A stretch of DNA of 64,000 bases from an uncultured bacterium (lineage in GTDB: Bacteria; Chlamydiota; Chlamydiia; Chlamydiales; SM23-39). Made by a program: the position numbers and the translations under genes. The stretch is from contig OY970323.1 of assembly GCA_963716985.1 (NCBI GenBank), forward strand, positions 416,001 through 480,000. Direction: 5' to 3'. Shown here piece by piece: positions 41,199-54,789 of this stretch. The notes beneath the pieces were generated by a model that had not been told where the DNA came from, searched no databases, and saw only the letters and a list, made by a program, of their open reading frames with translations. Position 1 is the first letter of the stretch. The number at the start of each line of letters is the position of its first letter.

Positions 41199-42157
41199 TC
41201 GCTTCCCTTTTTGAAGAAGAGCGTCGTTATTTGAACCATTTTTTTGATGCAATTGACGTAAAAAAAACAGAAGAGCTGGTGCAGGAGCTTCTTCGTTGCC
41301 AAGGATCGATCATTTTGAGCGGAGTGGGCAAAAGCGGAATCATTGCCAATAAACTGGCCGTTAGCTTTCTTTCTATGGGGACAAAAGCCCTTTTCTTGCC
41401 TCCTTTGGATGCGCTCCATGGAGATTTAGGCCTTGTCTGCAAAGAAGATCTTTGTGTTTTTTTAACGAAGAGCGGCGACACAAAAGAGCTGTTGCAGATG
41501 ATTCCCTATATTCGAAAAAAAGGGGCGAAAATCATCGCGATCGTTTCGAATCAAGAATCGCGGTTGGTAAAAGAGGCAGACTTTTTCATCACGCTTCCCG
41601 TAGAAAAGGAGCTCTGTCCTTTCAATTTAGCGCCGACCACCTCTGCGGCCGTCCAATTGATTTTTGGAGATATTTTGGCAGTAGCTCTGATGAAAGCGAA
41701 GAATTTTACCCTTTCTGAATTTGCCGTTAACCATCCCGCGGGAAGCATTGGAAAAAAGATCTCGCTTTGCGTGGATGATTTAATGCTCCGTGGAGAAAAC
41801 ATTCCTCTATGCACGCAAGAGTCTTGCTTGATCGATGTGATCGCAGAACTCTCTTCAAAAAAATGCGGAGCTCTTCTCGTCGTGGATGAAAAAAACGAGC
41901 TGAAAGGAATCTTTACCGATGGCGATCTGCGGCGGGCCATTTTGCAATTTGGCAAAGATTTGCTCTCCCAAAAAATTGCAGATCTCATGACGAAAGCGCC
42001 CCAAGCAACCACCAAAAAGACCCTTGCCTGGCAAGCGATGAAGCAGATGGAAGAAAATCCCAAGAAGCTCATCACCGTGCTTCCGGTTGTGGAAGGGAAG
42101 AAGGTGGTTGGCATTGTCCGCCTGCATGATATTCTGCAAGCGGGCTTGAGCGGGTAG
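41195..42157 (+). CDS. kdsD: Arabinose-5-phosphate isomerase (KpsF/GutQ) with CBS pair
   Basis: GVGKSG, ALHGDLG, LAPTTS, HPAGSIG, GIFTDGDLRR. Confidence 0.93.
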   Translation: MIASLFEEERRYLNHFFDAIDVKKTEELVQELLRCQGSIILSGVGKSGIIANKLAVSFLSMGTKALFLPPLDALHGDLGLVCKEDLCVFLTKSGDTKELLQMIPYIRKKGAKIIAIVSNQESRLVKEADFFITLPVEKELCPFNLAPTTSAAVQLIFGDILAVALMKAKNFTLSEFAVNHPAGSIGKKISLCVDDLMLRGENIPLCTQESCLIDVIAELSSKKCGALLVVDEKNELKGIFTDGDLRRAILQFGKDLLSQKIADLMTKAPQATTKKTLAWQAMKQMEENPKKLITVLPVVEGKKVVGIVRLHDILQAGLSG

Positions 42158-42336
42158 CCATGTTTTTCTTGTCATTAAAAGGAAAATAAACAAAAATAAG
42201 TCTAACTATTTTAGTCTTTTTCATTGAATGGTGGGTATGAGAGTCCTTCGATTTTTTTGTAATTAGGTTTTGCCCTATTTTGCACCCTTTCTAAAAAGGG
42301 AAAATTTTTCACTGTGTTACCAATAGATTTCTCTTT

Positions 42337-43548
42337 ATGCAGAAGCAAATTTCTCTCTGGCTTGTTTTGTTTGTCGTCTTTTTGGATGAAATGGGCGTGG
42401 GACTTGTCTATCCCATGTTTTCTTCGATGGTTTTTCATCCCGCGGGACCTCTTGGCCTCGCGGGTGCTCCGGACGTTGTCAAAGGCATCTATTTGGGGTT
42501 TCTTTTGGCAGCATTGCCGATCGTGGCTTTTTTCAGCGGACCTGTTCTTGGCTCTTTATCGGATCAAAAGGGAAGAAAACCTTTGTATCTTTTGAGCCTC
42601 TCCTTGGCGATTTTAGGATATGCCTTTTCTATTTTCGGTGTTTGGGCCAAAAGTATTTTCATCCTGATCGCGGCTCGATGCGTGATTGGCATTGCGGCGG
42701 GCAATGCGGGAGTGGTGAGCGCAACGATTGCTGATTTGAGCGGGCCTGCGAACAAAGCAAAAAATTTCGGCCTTTTTTCCATGGCAGCCGGGGTCGGATT
42801 TATGATCGGCCCGGTTCTTGGAGGCGTTCTTTCGAAAACCACCTTTGTTCTGCCTTTTGTAATGGCAGGGATTGCCTCTTTAGCGAATCTGCTCCTTATC
42901 TTCTTTTTTTTTCGAGAGACACATCTTGTCCGCAGCGCTGCCGTCATCCGATACTCGGAGGGTATTCGCTCGATCCGAAAAGCCTTTCGTCTTGCGGATT
43001 TGAAATACATTTTTTTTGCGGTCATCTGTTTTTGTTTTGGGTGGTCCTTCTTTTATGAATTTCTTCCCGTAGCCTGGATTGGCGATTATGGATTCGATGC
43101 AAAGCGCGTGGGTATTTTCTTTGCTTATGGCGCTGGATTTTATGCCCTAAGTTCGGGAGTGCTGATCCGTCCCTTCCAAAAATGGTTTCGACCCCATTCC
43201 CTGGTTTTTTATTCGATCGCCCTTCTTGGGTGCGTGATTTTGGCCCTTCTCTTTTTCCATAAAGCTTTCTGGATCTGGATCTACCTGCCCATTGTGAATT
43301 TTCTCATAGCTCTGGCCTATCCCACCTATGCAGCGATCGTGTCCGACTCTGTCGATGAAAATTCCCAAGGAGAGATTTTGGGAATTTTGCAATCGATTCA
43401 AATGCTTGCCTTTGGCATCAGTCCTCTTTTTGGAGGAGGGGCACTTGGAATTCATCCTCATAGTCCGATGCTTTTGGGCGGAGGATTCATGACGATAGGG
43501 GCATGCATCCTTGGTATTTTTCTTCGAAAAAAAATCTTCAAAAATTGA
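42337..43548 (+). CDS. DHA1/TetA-like MFS transporter
   Basis: VFLDEMGVGLVYP, LGSLSDQKGRKP, GFMIGPVLGG. Confidence 0.88.
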   Translation: MQKQISLWLVLFVVFLDEMGVGLVYPMFSSMVFHPAGPLGLAGAPDVVKGIYLGFLLAALPIVAFFSGPVLGSLSDQKGRKPLYLLSLSLAILGYAFSIFGVWAKSIFILIAARCVIGIAAGNAGVVSATIADLSGPANKAKNFGLFSMAAGVGFMIGPVLGGVLSKTTFVLPFVMAGIASLANLLLIFFFFRETHLVRSAAVIRYSEGIRSIRKAFRLADLKYIFFAVICFCFGWSFFYEFLPVAWIGDYGFDAKRVGIFFAYGAGFYALSSGVLIRPFQKWFRPHSLVFYSIALLGCVILALLFFHKAFWIWIYLPIVNFLIALAYPTYAAIVSDSVDENSQGEILGILQSIQMLAFGISPLFGGGALGIHPHSPMLLGGGFMTIGACILGIFLRKKIFKN

Positions 43549-43593
43549 GGCAGAGCCGCTTTTCCTTATTTTTTGACCGTTTCTTCGGAAAAA

Positions 43594-44316
43594 CTATTTT
43601 TCAAAAAAAGGTTTTAGAAGTTTTGCGACAAGCTCCGTTTTCGGGTGTTGCAACACTTCTTGCAAAGGTCCGATTTGCCCCATATTTCCGTCAGCTAAAA
43701 TGGCAAGCCTATCGGCAAAAAAAAGCGCTTCTTCACGATTGTGGGTGACGAAAATGACGGGTATCCGGATCTTTTGAAAAAGATCTTTCAGCTGCACAGC
43801 TACGTCAAATTTCGTGATAGGATCTACGTTGGAAAGGGGCTCGTCTAAAAGCAAAAGATGCGGTTGGATGGCAAGAGCCCGTGCGAGCGCTACGCGTTGT
43901 TTTTCTCCGCCGGAAAGCTCTTGCATGCGTCTCTCTTCAAAGCCGGGCAAGTTGGCGAGGTGAAGCATTTGCGTTGCGATGGCGCGTCTTTCTTTTTTGC
44001 AGATTCCTCGCGCACGAAGGCCGAATGAAACATTTTCTTGCACATTCATGTGAGGAAAAAGAGCGTAATCTTGCGGGACATAGCCGATGTTTCTGGCTTC
44101 AATCGGAAGAAGCGTGATGTTGCGGTTTTCTAACACGATTTGTCCTTCGATGGGTTTGAGTATTCCCAATATGGCGAGAAGAAGCGTCGTTTTTCCGCCT
44201 CCTGAAGATCCCATGATGACAAGCGTTTCCTTGGGTTGGGCGGCAAAAGAGCAGTTTTTTAAAACAATTTTGCTTCCATATCCTACTGTCAGATTGTTGA
44301 TTTGCAAACAGCCCAT
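43594..44316 (-). CDS. ABC ATP-binding subunit (ModC/CysA/PotA-like)
   Basis: GSSGGGKTT, YVPQDYALFPHM, LSGGEKQRVALARAL, LLLDEP, VTH. Confidence 0.9.
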   Translation of the reverse strand: MGCLQINNLTVGYGSKIVLKNCSFAAQPKETLVIMGSSGGGKTTLLLAILGILKPIEGQIVLENRNITLLPIEARNIGYVPQDYALFPHMNVQENVSFGLRARGICKKERRAIATQMLHLANLPGFEERRMQELSGGEKQRVALARALAIQPHLLLLDEPLSNVDPITKFDVAVQLKDLFQKIRIPVIFVTHNREEALFFADRLAILADGNMGQIGPLQEVLQHPKTELVAKLLKPFFEK

Positions 44317-44317
44317 A

Positions 44318-45097
44318 TCAATCTTTTGAAAAAATTTTGAAAGCAATAATCGCCAAGGTAGACGCCGAAGTGGCTAAAATGGTTGCGCCAAGGGCGCTGA
44401 AGGTCAAAGTTTGCGCTTGCAGGCCAATGAATGTGGGTATGGTCTCTGTTTGATAGGGAATGACTCCTGCAAAAATGAGACTGCCTCCAAGCTCGCCCAT
44501 GGCCCTTGACCAGCAGAGAGAAAGCCCGGCCGCAAGATCTTTGATGCTTAAAGGAAGAAAAATCATGCGGAAAACCTGAAAAGAGTTGGCCCCGAGCGTT
44601 CGTGCCGTCACATTCATGCCCGTTTGATGGATTTCCCGAAACCGTCTCGAAGACATGGAGACTAGGAAGGGCGCACTGACATAAGTTTTTGCTATGACAA
44701 GAGCGGTAAAGGTGAAGGAAAGGTTGACGTGAAAAGGGGAGTTAGGCCCCAGCATGAGATAGTAGATGATCCCTTCTGCAACAGGGGGGAATGTCTGCGG
44801 CACTTCGATAGCAAGGGTTTCCATAAGAGCTTTGCCGGGAAATTCTTTCAAAGCGAAAAGATAGCCCAAGGGTATGGCCAGGATTAAGGCGAATAGAAGC
44901 GTCACAAAAGAGGAAGAAATGCTGATCCACAAAGCGGCCAAAATGCGATGATCTTTCCAGGAAGCGACAACCTCCTTAAAAGAACCTAAAGCGGCGATGT
45001 ATTGATAGACAAAAGTAAAAACGAGCCATCCCAGCAAAATCAAAGCGAGGAAGTAGAGGATAAAAACCAGATATCTGGTATCGAATCTCTTCGCCAT
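44318..45097 (-). CDS. ABC permease (ModB/WtpB-like)
   Basis: P..FPPVAEG, ARTLGA (EAA region), WSRAMGELGG; about six TM segments. Confidence 0.82.
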   Translation of the reverse strand: MAKRFDTRYLVFILYFLALILLGWLVFTFVYQYIAALGSFKEVVASWKDHRILAALWISISSSFVTLLFALILAIPLGYLFALKEFPGKALMETLAIEVPQTFPPVAEGIIYYLMLGPNSPFHVNLSFTFTALVIAKTYVSAPFLVSMSSRRFREIHQTGMNVTARTLGANSFQVFRMIFLPLSIKDLAAGLSLCWSRAMGELGGSLIFAGVIPYQTETIPTFIGLQAQTLTFSALGATILATSASTLAIIAFKIFSKD

Positions 45098-45098
45098 C

Positions 45099-45740
45099 TT
45101 AGGGTTCGTTCGGGAACTGCTTTGATAGACCGTTGGAAAGCGTATCGGCCATCATCAGAGCTTGATCGAAGATTGAGTCAAAGTTGGCCATATCTTCCTG
45201 CCATTTTTTTTTGATTCGAAAAGAGGCTTCTTTCGCTGTGAGCTCCAAATGCTTATTGAGCATCGAAAGCAGATCGTTTTTTGCAAGATAGGGATTGGCG
45301 TTGCTTAAAAAACTTGCAATGGCATCGGCATTTTCATGCCATTTTTTATCGGCCCATTCTCTGTCTTTTTGATTTTGCGCAATCATTGCCTGCGTAAGAT
45401 CGGCCGCGATCGAAATATGCTCTTTCAAAAGATTTGTAAGAGCCATCGCGGCATCTTTTCCATAATAGGGAACCAGAGTATTGCCGATATCTTCCTGATT
45501 TTTCATGAGACGATTTGCCGCAATCGGTGCATCGGGGCTTTGAAAGACTGCTGCGACGATATACTGGCGCGTCCAAATCACGTGATCCGACCAGAGTTTC
45601 CTCATGGCTTGACTCAGATATTCCGTTTTTTTGGTTTCTCGGGGAGTATGTTTTGTTTTCATCAAATGTTCGCTTGCGTCTGCAAAGCCAAAGGAACATT
45701 GCAAGAAAAAAATAGACAAGAAAATCATTGTCTTTCTCAT
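45099..45740 (-). CDS. Secreted alpha-helical His-containing protein of unknown function
   Basis: Signal peptide MRKTMIFLSIFFLQCSFGFA; LWSDHVIWTR, PYYG, LLKEHI, WHENADAIA, MLNKHLELT, MADTLSNG..QFP; GGAG RBS; 1 nt from the permease. Confidence 0.8.
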   Translation of the reverse strand: MRKTMIFLSIFFLQCSFGFADASEHLMKTKHTPRETKKTEYLSQAMRKLWSDHVIWTRQYIVAAVFQSPDAPIAANRLMKNQEDIGNTLVPYYGKDAAMALTNLLKEHISIAADLTQAMIAQNQKDREWADKKWHENADAIASFLSNANPYLAKNDLLSMLNKHLELTAKEASFRIKKKWQEDMANFDSIFDQALMMADTLSNGLSKQFPNEP

Positions 45741-46210
45741 AGGGAATCTCCTTTCCGGGTCCAATTTTAGAGATAAGGAATTTTTCTTTTAAATGCACCA
45801 AAAAATTATGCGCAAAAGTGCGCGGGGAGGATGTCATTATGGAGGATGAGAGAAATTTTTACGGGGAGAAGAAAAGTGATTTTTTCACCTATTCAATCGG
45901 TGTTCTCTTCGCGCCTTATCCCTGCTTTTGAAGAGCCCATTTTTGAAGTGGTTTTCTTAAGAATCCTTTTGTTCGTTTGGGAATCAAAGCGGGCTATACG
46001 AGAAAGTTTCCCTGACAAAAAGGAAAATAATTCGAAAAATGATTGATAGAAATTCTCGAAATTTCGTATGTTCTTTATTTCTCTTAGGAGAAAAAGAGCA
46101 GCAAGACTGCTTATGCGTTTTTGACAGTGGAAGAGAAGAGACGAAAGTGAAGTTTGTGTGAGAAGAGAGGGAACTCTCTTCTCCGTCAAAAAGTTTAAAT
46201 AAAGATCTTA

Positions 46211-47766
<1,556 letters not shown>

Positions 47767-47861
47767 AAGGACGAAATGGATAGACCCACGTTTATCCAGA
47801 TCCTAGGTTGGGATGCAAACTTTCTTCTCGTCTCTTCCCTTCCATTGTCAAAAGAAGCCAA

Positions 47862-47934
47862 GGGGGCTTAGCTTAGTTGGTAGAGCGTCTGATTTGCATT
47901 CAGAAGGTCAGGAGTTCGAATCTCCTAGCCTCCA
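47862..47934 (+). tRNA. tRNA-Ala(TGC)
   Basis: Anticodon loop TTTGCAT, G3:U70 pair. Confidence 0.95.
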
Positions 47935-47938
47935 AAGA

Positions 47939-48012
47939 GCGGTTGTAGCTCAGCTGGTTAGAGCGCGACACTGATAATGTCGAGGTCCCAAGTTCAAATC
48001 TTGGTAACCGCA
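47939..48012 (+). tRNA. tRNA-Ile(GAT)
   Basis: Anticodon loop CTGATAA, acceptor GCGGTTG/TAACCGC. Confidence 0.95.
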
Positions 48013-48151
48013 ATTTCCCTTGCTTTATGCAAGGGTTTGTCATCTTGAAAGTCGAATGATCAGCAAGAATAGAAACAAAACAAAGCAAAGCAAAGTTTAA
48101 GAATAAAAGTTCATTGAACCGAGCTGGTGTTTGAGACGGCGAAAAAGTAAA

Positions 48152-51092
<2,941 letters not shown>

Positions 51093-51142
51093 GTTATTTT
51101 TTTAACGGCTCAAACACCAACTTGATTCAATGAAAAAGCTTT

Positions 51143-51256
51143 GCTGGTGGTCATGGAAAGAGGGAAACACCTGAACCCATTTCGAACTCAGAAGTTAAGC
51201 CTTTTTTCGCCGATGGTACTATGCACAAGAGTATGGGAGAGTAGGTCGCTGCCAGT
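51143..51256 (+). rRNA. rrf: 5S rRNA
   Basis: CACCTGAACCCATTTCGAACTCAGAAGTTAAG, GCCGATGGTA, GAGAGTAGGTCGCTGCCAG. Confidence 0.95.
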
Positions 51257-51268
51257 TTTTTAATATAT

Positions 51269-51300
51269 GCCCGAGGAAGAACTCCTCGGGCTTTTTTTTT
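51269..51300 (+). terminator. rRNA operon intrinsic terminator
   Basis: GCCCGAGGA/TCCTCGGGC stem followed by T9. Confidence 0.88.
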
Positions 51301-51391
51301 GGCTTGATTCTTTTAGAGTTTTTTGCCTCTTAATTTCGCGTAATGCGCAGAATGTCAACTATTTACAGCATGATTTTTCTGAGAACATGGC

Positions 51392-51515
51392 GGCCTTGTT
51401 CACTTCGAGAGGGAAAACTTTCGATCAGTGGATGACACAAGTCAGCAAAGTCGCCCTCATCATTGAAAAACAAAGTCAGTTGCATTAACAACTGACCGAA
51501 GAAGTGAACATGGCC
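51392..51515. mobile_element. 124-bp MITE
   Basis: 15-bp TIR with one mismatch (GGCCTTGTTCACTTC / GAAGTGAACATGGCC); 8-bp direct repeats AACATGGC at 51384-51391 and 51516-51523. Confidence 0.8.
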
Positions 51516-51619
51516 AACATGGCTCTTTGCAAAACCCTTGCGAGAGTCTTTCGAGGAACATTTTTTTTAAATGCTTTAATATTTGCAATCTAGCAACTGC
51601 AATAAAGAGTATTTTTTTA

Positions 51620-51648
51620 TTGACAAATAGTATAATTTAGTTTAAAAT
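51620..51648 (+). promoter_or_regulatory. Sigma70/sigma66-type promoter of the IS-disrupted gene
   Basis: TTGACA-N17-TAAAAT, about 50 nt upstream of ATG 51697. Confidence 0.6.
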
Positions 51649-52186
51649 GTAATAAAACTTAATTAATAAGCGTCATTTAATAATAATGGGTTTTTTATGA
51701 CAAGTGAAGCAAGCATTTCTATGACATCTCATCGAGTGCCGACGCCTCCTCCTGTTCGGGTTCCTTCGCCCCCACCGCTCAAAGAGATGGATTCAAGCTA
51801 CAACATTGAAATAAAAGCGGCTGTCCACGATAGAGAAAGCGGGCATTTCTTTGCTTTAAAACTGCAAAACCTATTTGCCGACTGGGTAAAAACGCACAAA
51901 GAGGTTCCCCCTGACAGGCAATATGAAATGTTTCAATCGAATAATATTGAGATTATCAGGAAATATAAAGCAGATCCTGAGAAGAGTTATGAATTAATTG
52001 ACCCTGCGGAGCTGCCCCATGGGGTGTGACAAACAATCAGAAGACGTCCAACAATGGCCCAAGAGAGCCGTAGTACTACCCCCCTATTTTTTGTCCAACT
52101 TTACTACACAAACCTTTCAATAAAATCTTGACTTCACAACAACAAAACCGTCACAATGTTTAGTCATTTTTCCCGATAGGATAAAA

Positions 52187-52552
52187 ATGAAGAAAGAACG
52201 GCCTGGTGAATTGCACCAGAAAATCAAGCGGCTACGAACATCCAGAGATGCGCTGAAGCATCACAATTATGAAAAAACCCAGCAGAACAAAAAACTTCGC
52301 GACAGGAATGTAGAGATTGCTGAAAGTCGCGATCATTGGAAAGATCGTAATAAAGAGCTTGACCAGCAAAAGGAAGGCCTGGAGCAACAAATACAAGTTG
52401 CGCAGGAGAGATTACTGGAGGCTCAAGAGAAGATACAGACTGCAAAGAAAGAGATAGAGCGCGAGCGAATACGAGCTGATGAGGAACGCAGGCGCGCAGA
52501 TCAACTCCAAACTGAAATTGAAGCAGCTCGAAAAAAAAAACAGGGGTCTTGA
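52187..52552 (+). CDS. IS orfA, coiled-coil protein
   Basis: Charged heptad-rich 121 aa inside the TIRs; ends just after an A10 run. Confidence 0.7.
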   Translation: MKKERPGELHQKIKRLRTSRDALKHHNYEKTQQNKKLRDRNVEIAESRDHWKDRNKELDQQKEGLEQQIQVAQERLLEAQEKIQTAKKEIERERIRADEERRRADQLQTEIEAARKKKQGS

Positions 52553-53903
52553 AAATTTGATTCCAAAGATGGGAGAGAAAGCCCCGCGTGGTTGGTATCC
52601 CATCTTGATGATCATCATGTGCATTAGGCTAGTGCTCCAAGCTACTATTTCATTTCGCGCAGCTCCTAAGGCGATTCATATTGCATTTTCTCAATTCGAT
52701 GCTGTCAAAGATCAACCGATTCCAACATACAAAAGCATCAGCAGATGGCTAACGCAGATAGGTCTCTATAAGTTGAATTGCCCGAAAGAACAAGCAAATG
52801 ACTGGGCACTAGTCATTGACAATTCAGTCCAAATTGGTACTCAAAAATGTCTTGTAATTTTAGGAATGCGTCTGAGTAAGTTTCAGAAGGGAAAAGCACT
52901 AACTCTCGAGGACATGGAAGTACTGATTATAGAGCTCCATGATCAGTCCAACGCGAATATTGTCTGCAGGGCATTGGAGAATGCACAGAAAAAAATTGGA
53001 AAGGCTGCTATGGTATGCGCTGATGATGGTTCAGATCTCCGAGGCGGAATTGAACTGTTTTGTCAGAAGCATGGTGCTGGCCGCGTTTTTGACACTATTC
53101 ATAAAATTGGCACTTTTTTAAAAAAGATTTTCGAGGATGATTCGGAATGGCAAGCTTTTTCAACAGCTGCGGCAGCTGCCAAGAATAAGATGCAGCAAAC
53201 ACAGGCAGCTCATCTCATGCCACCCAACCAAAGGACGAAGTCTCGATTCCTCAATATCGAGATTCTTGCGCGATGGGGAATTGACATTATGGTTGCCATA
53301 GATACGCCGAACCATCCTGACAAGGATCTGCTCGAACAATACTGTGGCTGGATTCGTCAATATACAGGGCTCATTGAAAGATTGAAACAATTTGACCTCA
53401 TCAGTCGGAAAACTAGACAGTATATCCGCGAGAATGGAGTGAGTTTTAGCACAGGAGAGCAGATAGATGCATTTTTGGAAGAGGAAATGAAGTCCTTAAA
53501 TTTTAATGCAGAAGCATGCGAATACGCTGGAGCGCTGATAGATTTCTTCTACGAACAGTCGAAAGTCGTCCCTTTTGGACAAACCTGGCTTGGTTCAAGC
53601 GAAATCATAGAATCTCTATTTGGAAAATTGAAAAGTCTCGAGAATGACCAAAGCAAGGGAGGCTTCACGCCGCTTATTCTGGGAGTAGCTGCGTGCGTCG
53701 GTAAAGTGGATATTGCTTTGGTGAAGGCAGCCATGACACATATAAAGATAAGTGATGTCGACACGTGGACAAGAGAACAGGTCGGATCGACGCTACTTTC
53801 CAGAAGAAGGAAAGCTTTGGCGTTCTGGAGAAAAAAGAATTTTCAAAAAAATATTGTACACGAATCGGCTGGAGCCGTCAGGAGCGAAGCGATTGGTTTT
53901 TAG
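52479..53903 (+). CDS. IS orfB, putative DDE transposase (true start uncertain: frameshift fusion or ATG 52569)
   Basis: Candidate catalytic residues LVIDNS, ADDGSDL, IIESLFG with an intervening DTIH (DxxH); fills the element. Confidence 0.75.
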   Translation: MRNAGAQINSKLKLKQLEKKNRGLENLIPKMGEKAPRGWYPILMIIMCIRLVLQATISFRAAPKAIHIAFSQFDAVKDQPIPTYKSISRWLTQIGLYKLNCPKEQANDWALVIDNSVQIGTQKCLVILGMRLSKFQKGKALTLEDMEVLIIELHDQSNANIVCRALENAQKKIGKAAMVCADDGSDLRGGIELFCQKHGAGRVFDTIHKIGTFLKKIFEDDSEWQAFSTAAAAAKNKMQQTQAAHLMPPNQRTKSRFLNIEILARWGIDIMVAIDTPNHPDKDLLEQYCGWIRQYTGLIERLKQFDLISRKTRQYIRENGVSFSTGEQIDAFLEEEMKSLNFNAEACEYAGALIDFFYEQSKVVPFGQTWLGSSEIIESLFGKLKSLENDQSKGGFTPLILGVAACVGKVDIALVKAAMTHIKISDVDTWTREQVGSTLLSRRRKALAFWRKKNFQKNIVHESAGAVRSEAIGF

Positions 53904-54789
53904 TGGTCAACTATCAATTTGTCACACCCCAGCTGCCCCAGTATAGAGCATTCATTGACAGTGATGCAATTCTTCCTTTTGAAAATCCGGGAAGGGGGCC
54001 CATTCGTCTGATGGATGAGAAAAAACCGCTACTTTTTGTCATAAGATATAATCCTGATAGCCGGGAGCTGGAATTGTTTGTCTCCCCAAACCCAAGACAT
54101 ACGCACGCTAGCTTTCTGCTCGGGAAGCCCGTTGCTGCTGCCGGAGAGTTTTACAGCAGAGAGGGAAGGATTGTAAAAGTCAACAATCAAAGCGGCCACT
54201 ATCGGCCAGAAGATCCGCAAACCGTCACGATTATCGAATTCATGAAACAATTTCATTTAACAACTCCCGTGATGTTGGAAAAGATTGAAAGAGGCGCATT
54301 TTGCAAAGGTAAGGTAGTCTATTCCTGTCTCTCGCTTTCTCCAGAAATGATTCTTAAGTCTACAATAGAGGTTAGAGTAGGAAAAATTCCTGAAATATTG
54401 TTGAAGAACTCTGATTTTCAAAAATATTACTCTAGAGAAAGGCACAAGATGCCAGAAGCGGAATTGCAACAGTTTCGTAAAAATTTTTTGGCTTCGGATG
54501 AATGGGAAAAAGTGCAGACGAGCCTTTCCATTACTCCGGAAGAATATATGAAGCGAAGATTTGCGCTGATCTCGTTTGCAAGCCTGTGCTGGAATGCAAA
54601 TGTGAGATTGTTCTGAAGATGGTTGCAAAAAAAGGGAATCGTCTGCTTTTCCCGCAGTCTTGATTATGCCTGCTTTCTAAGTGGGCATCGGCGCGCATGT
54701 TGATTAAGATGATTGGATTGCAGGCATAGAGCATATCCGTATTGCTGTGCGAGATCGAAACGGCCAACCAATTGAAACAGGGCCCTATA

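Larger units (their letters stand above)
52020..53931 (+). mobile_element. 1912-bp insertion sequence, probably Mutator/IS256-superfamily-like, family not recognised
   Basis: Perfect 14-bp TIR TGGGGTGTGACAAA / TTTGTCACACCCCA; 9-bp target duplication GCTGCCCCA (52011-52019, 53932-53940). Confidence 0.92.
51697..54616 (+). pseudogene. 332-aa Pro-rich, SGHY-motif protein disrupted by an IS (pieces 51697-52019 and 53941-54616)
   Basis: Removing the IS and one target copy gives a 999-nt frame reading ...DPAELPQYRAFIDS...; motif HASFLLGKPVAAAGE...NNQSGHYRP. Confidence 0.88.

Noticed and set aside
42337..43548. Tetracycline resistance gene
   Set aside because: Only generic DHA1-family motifs are visible; no tetR or mobile context, so substrate cannot be inferred.
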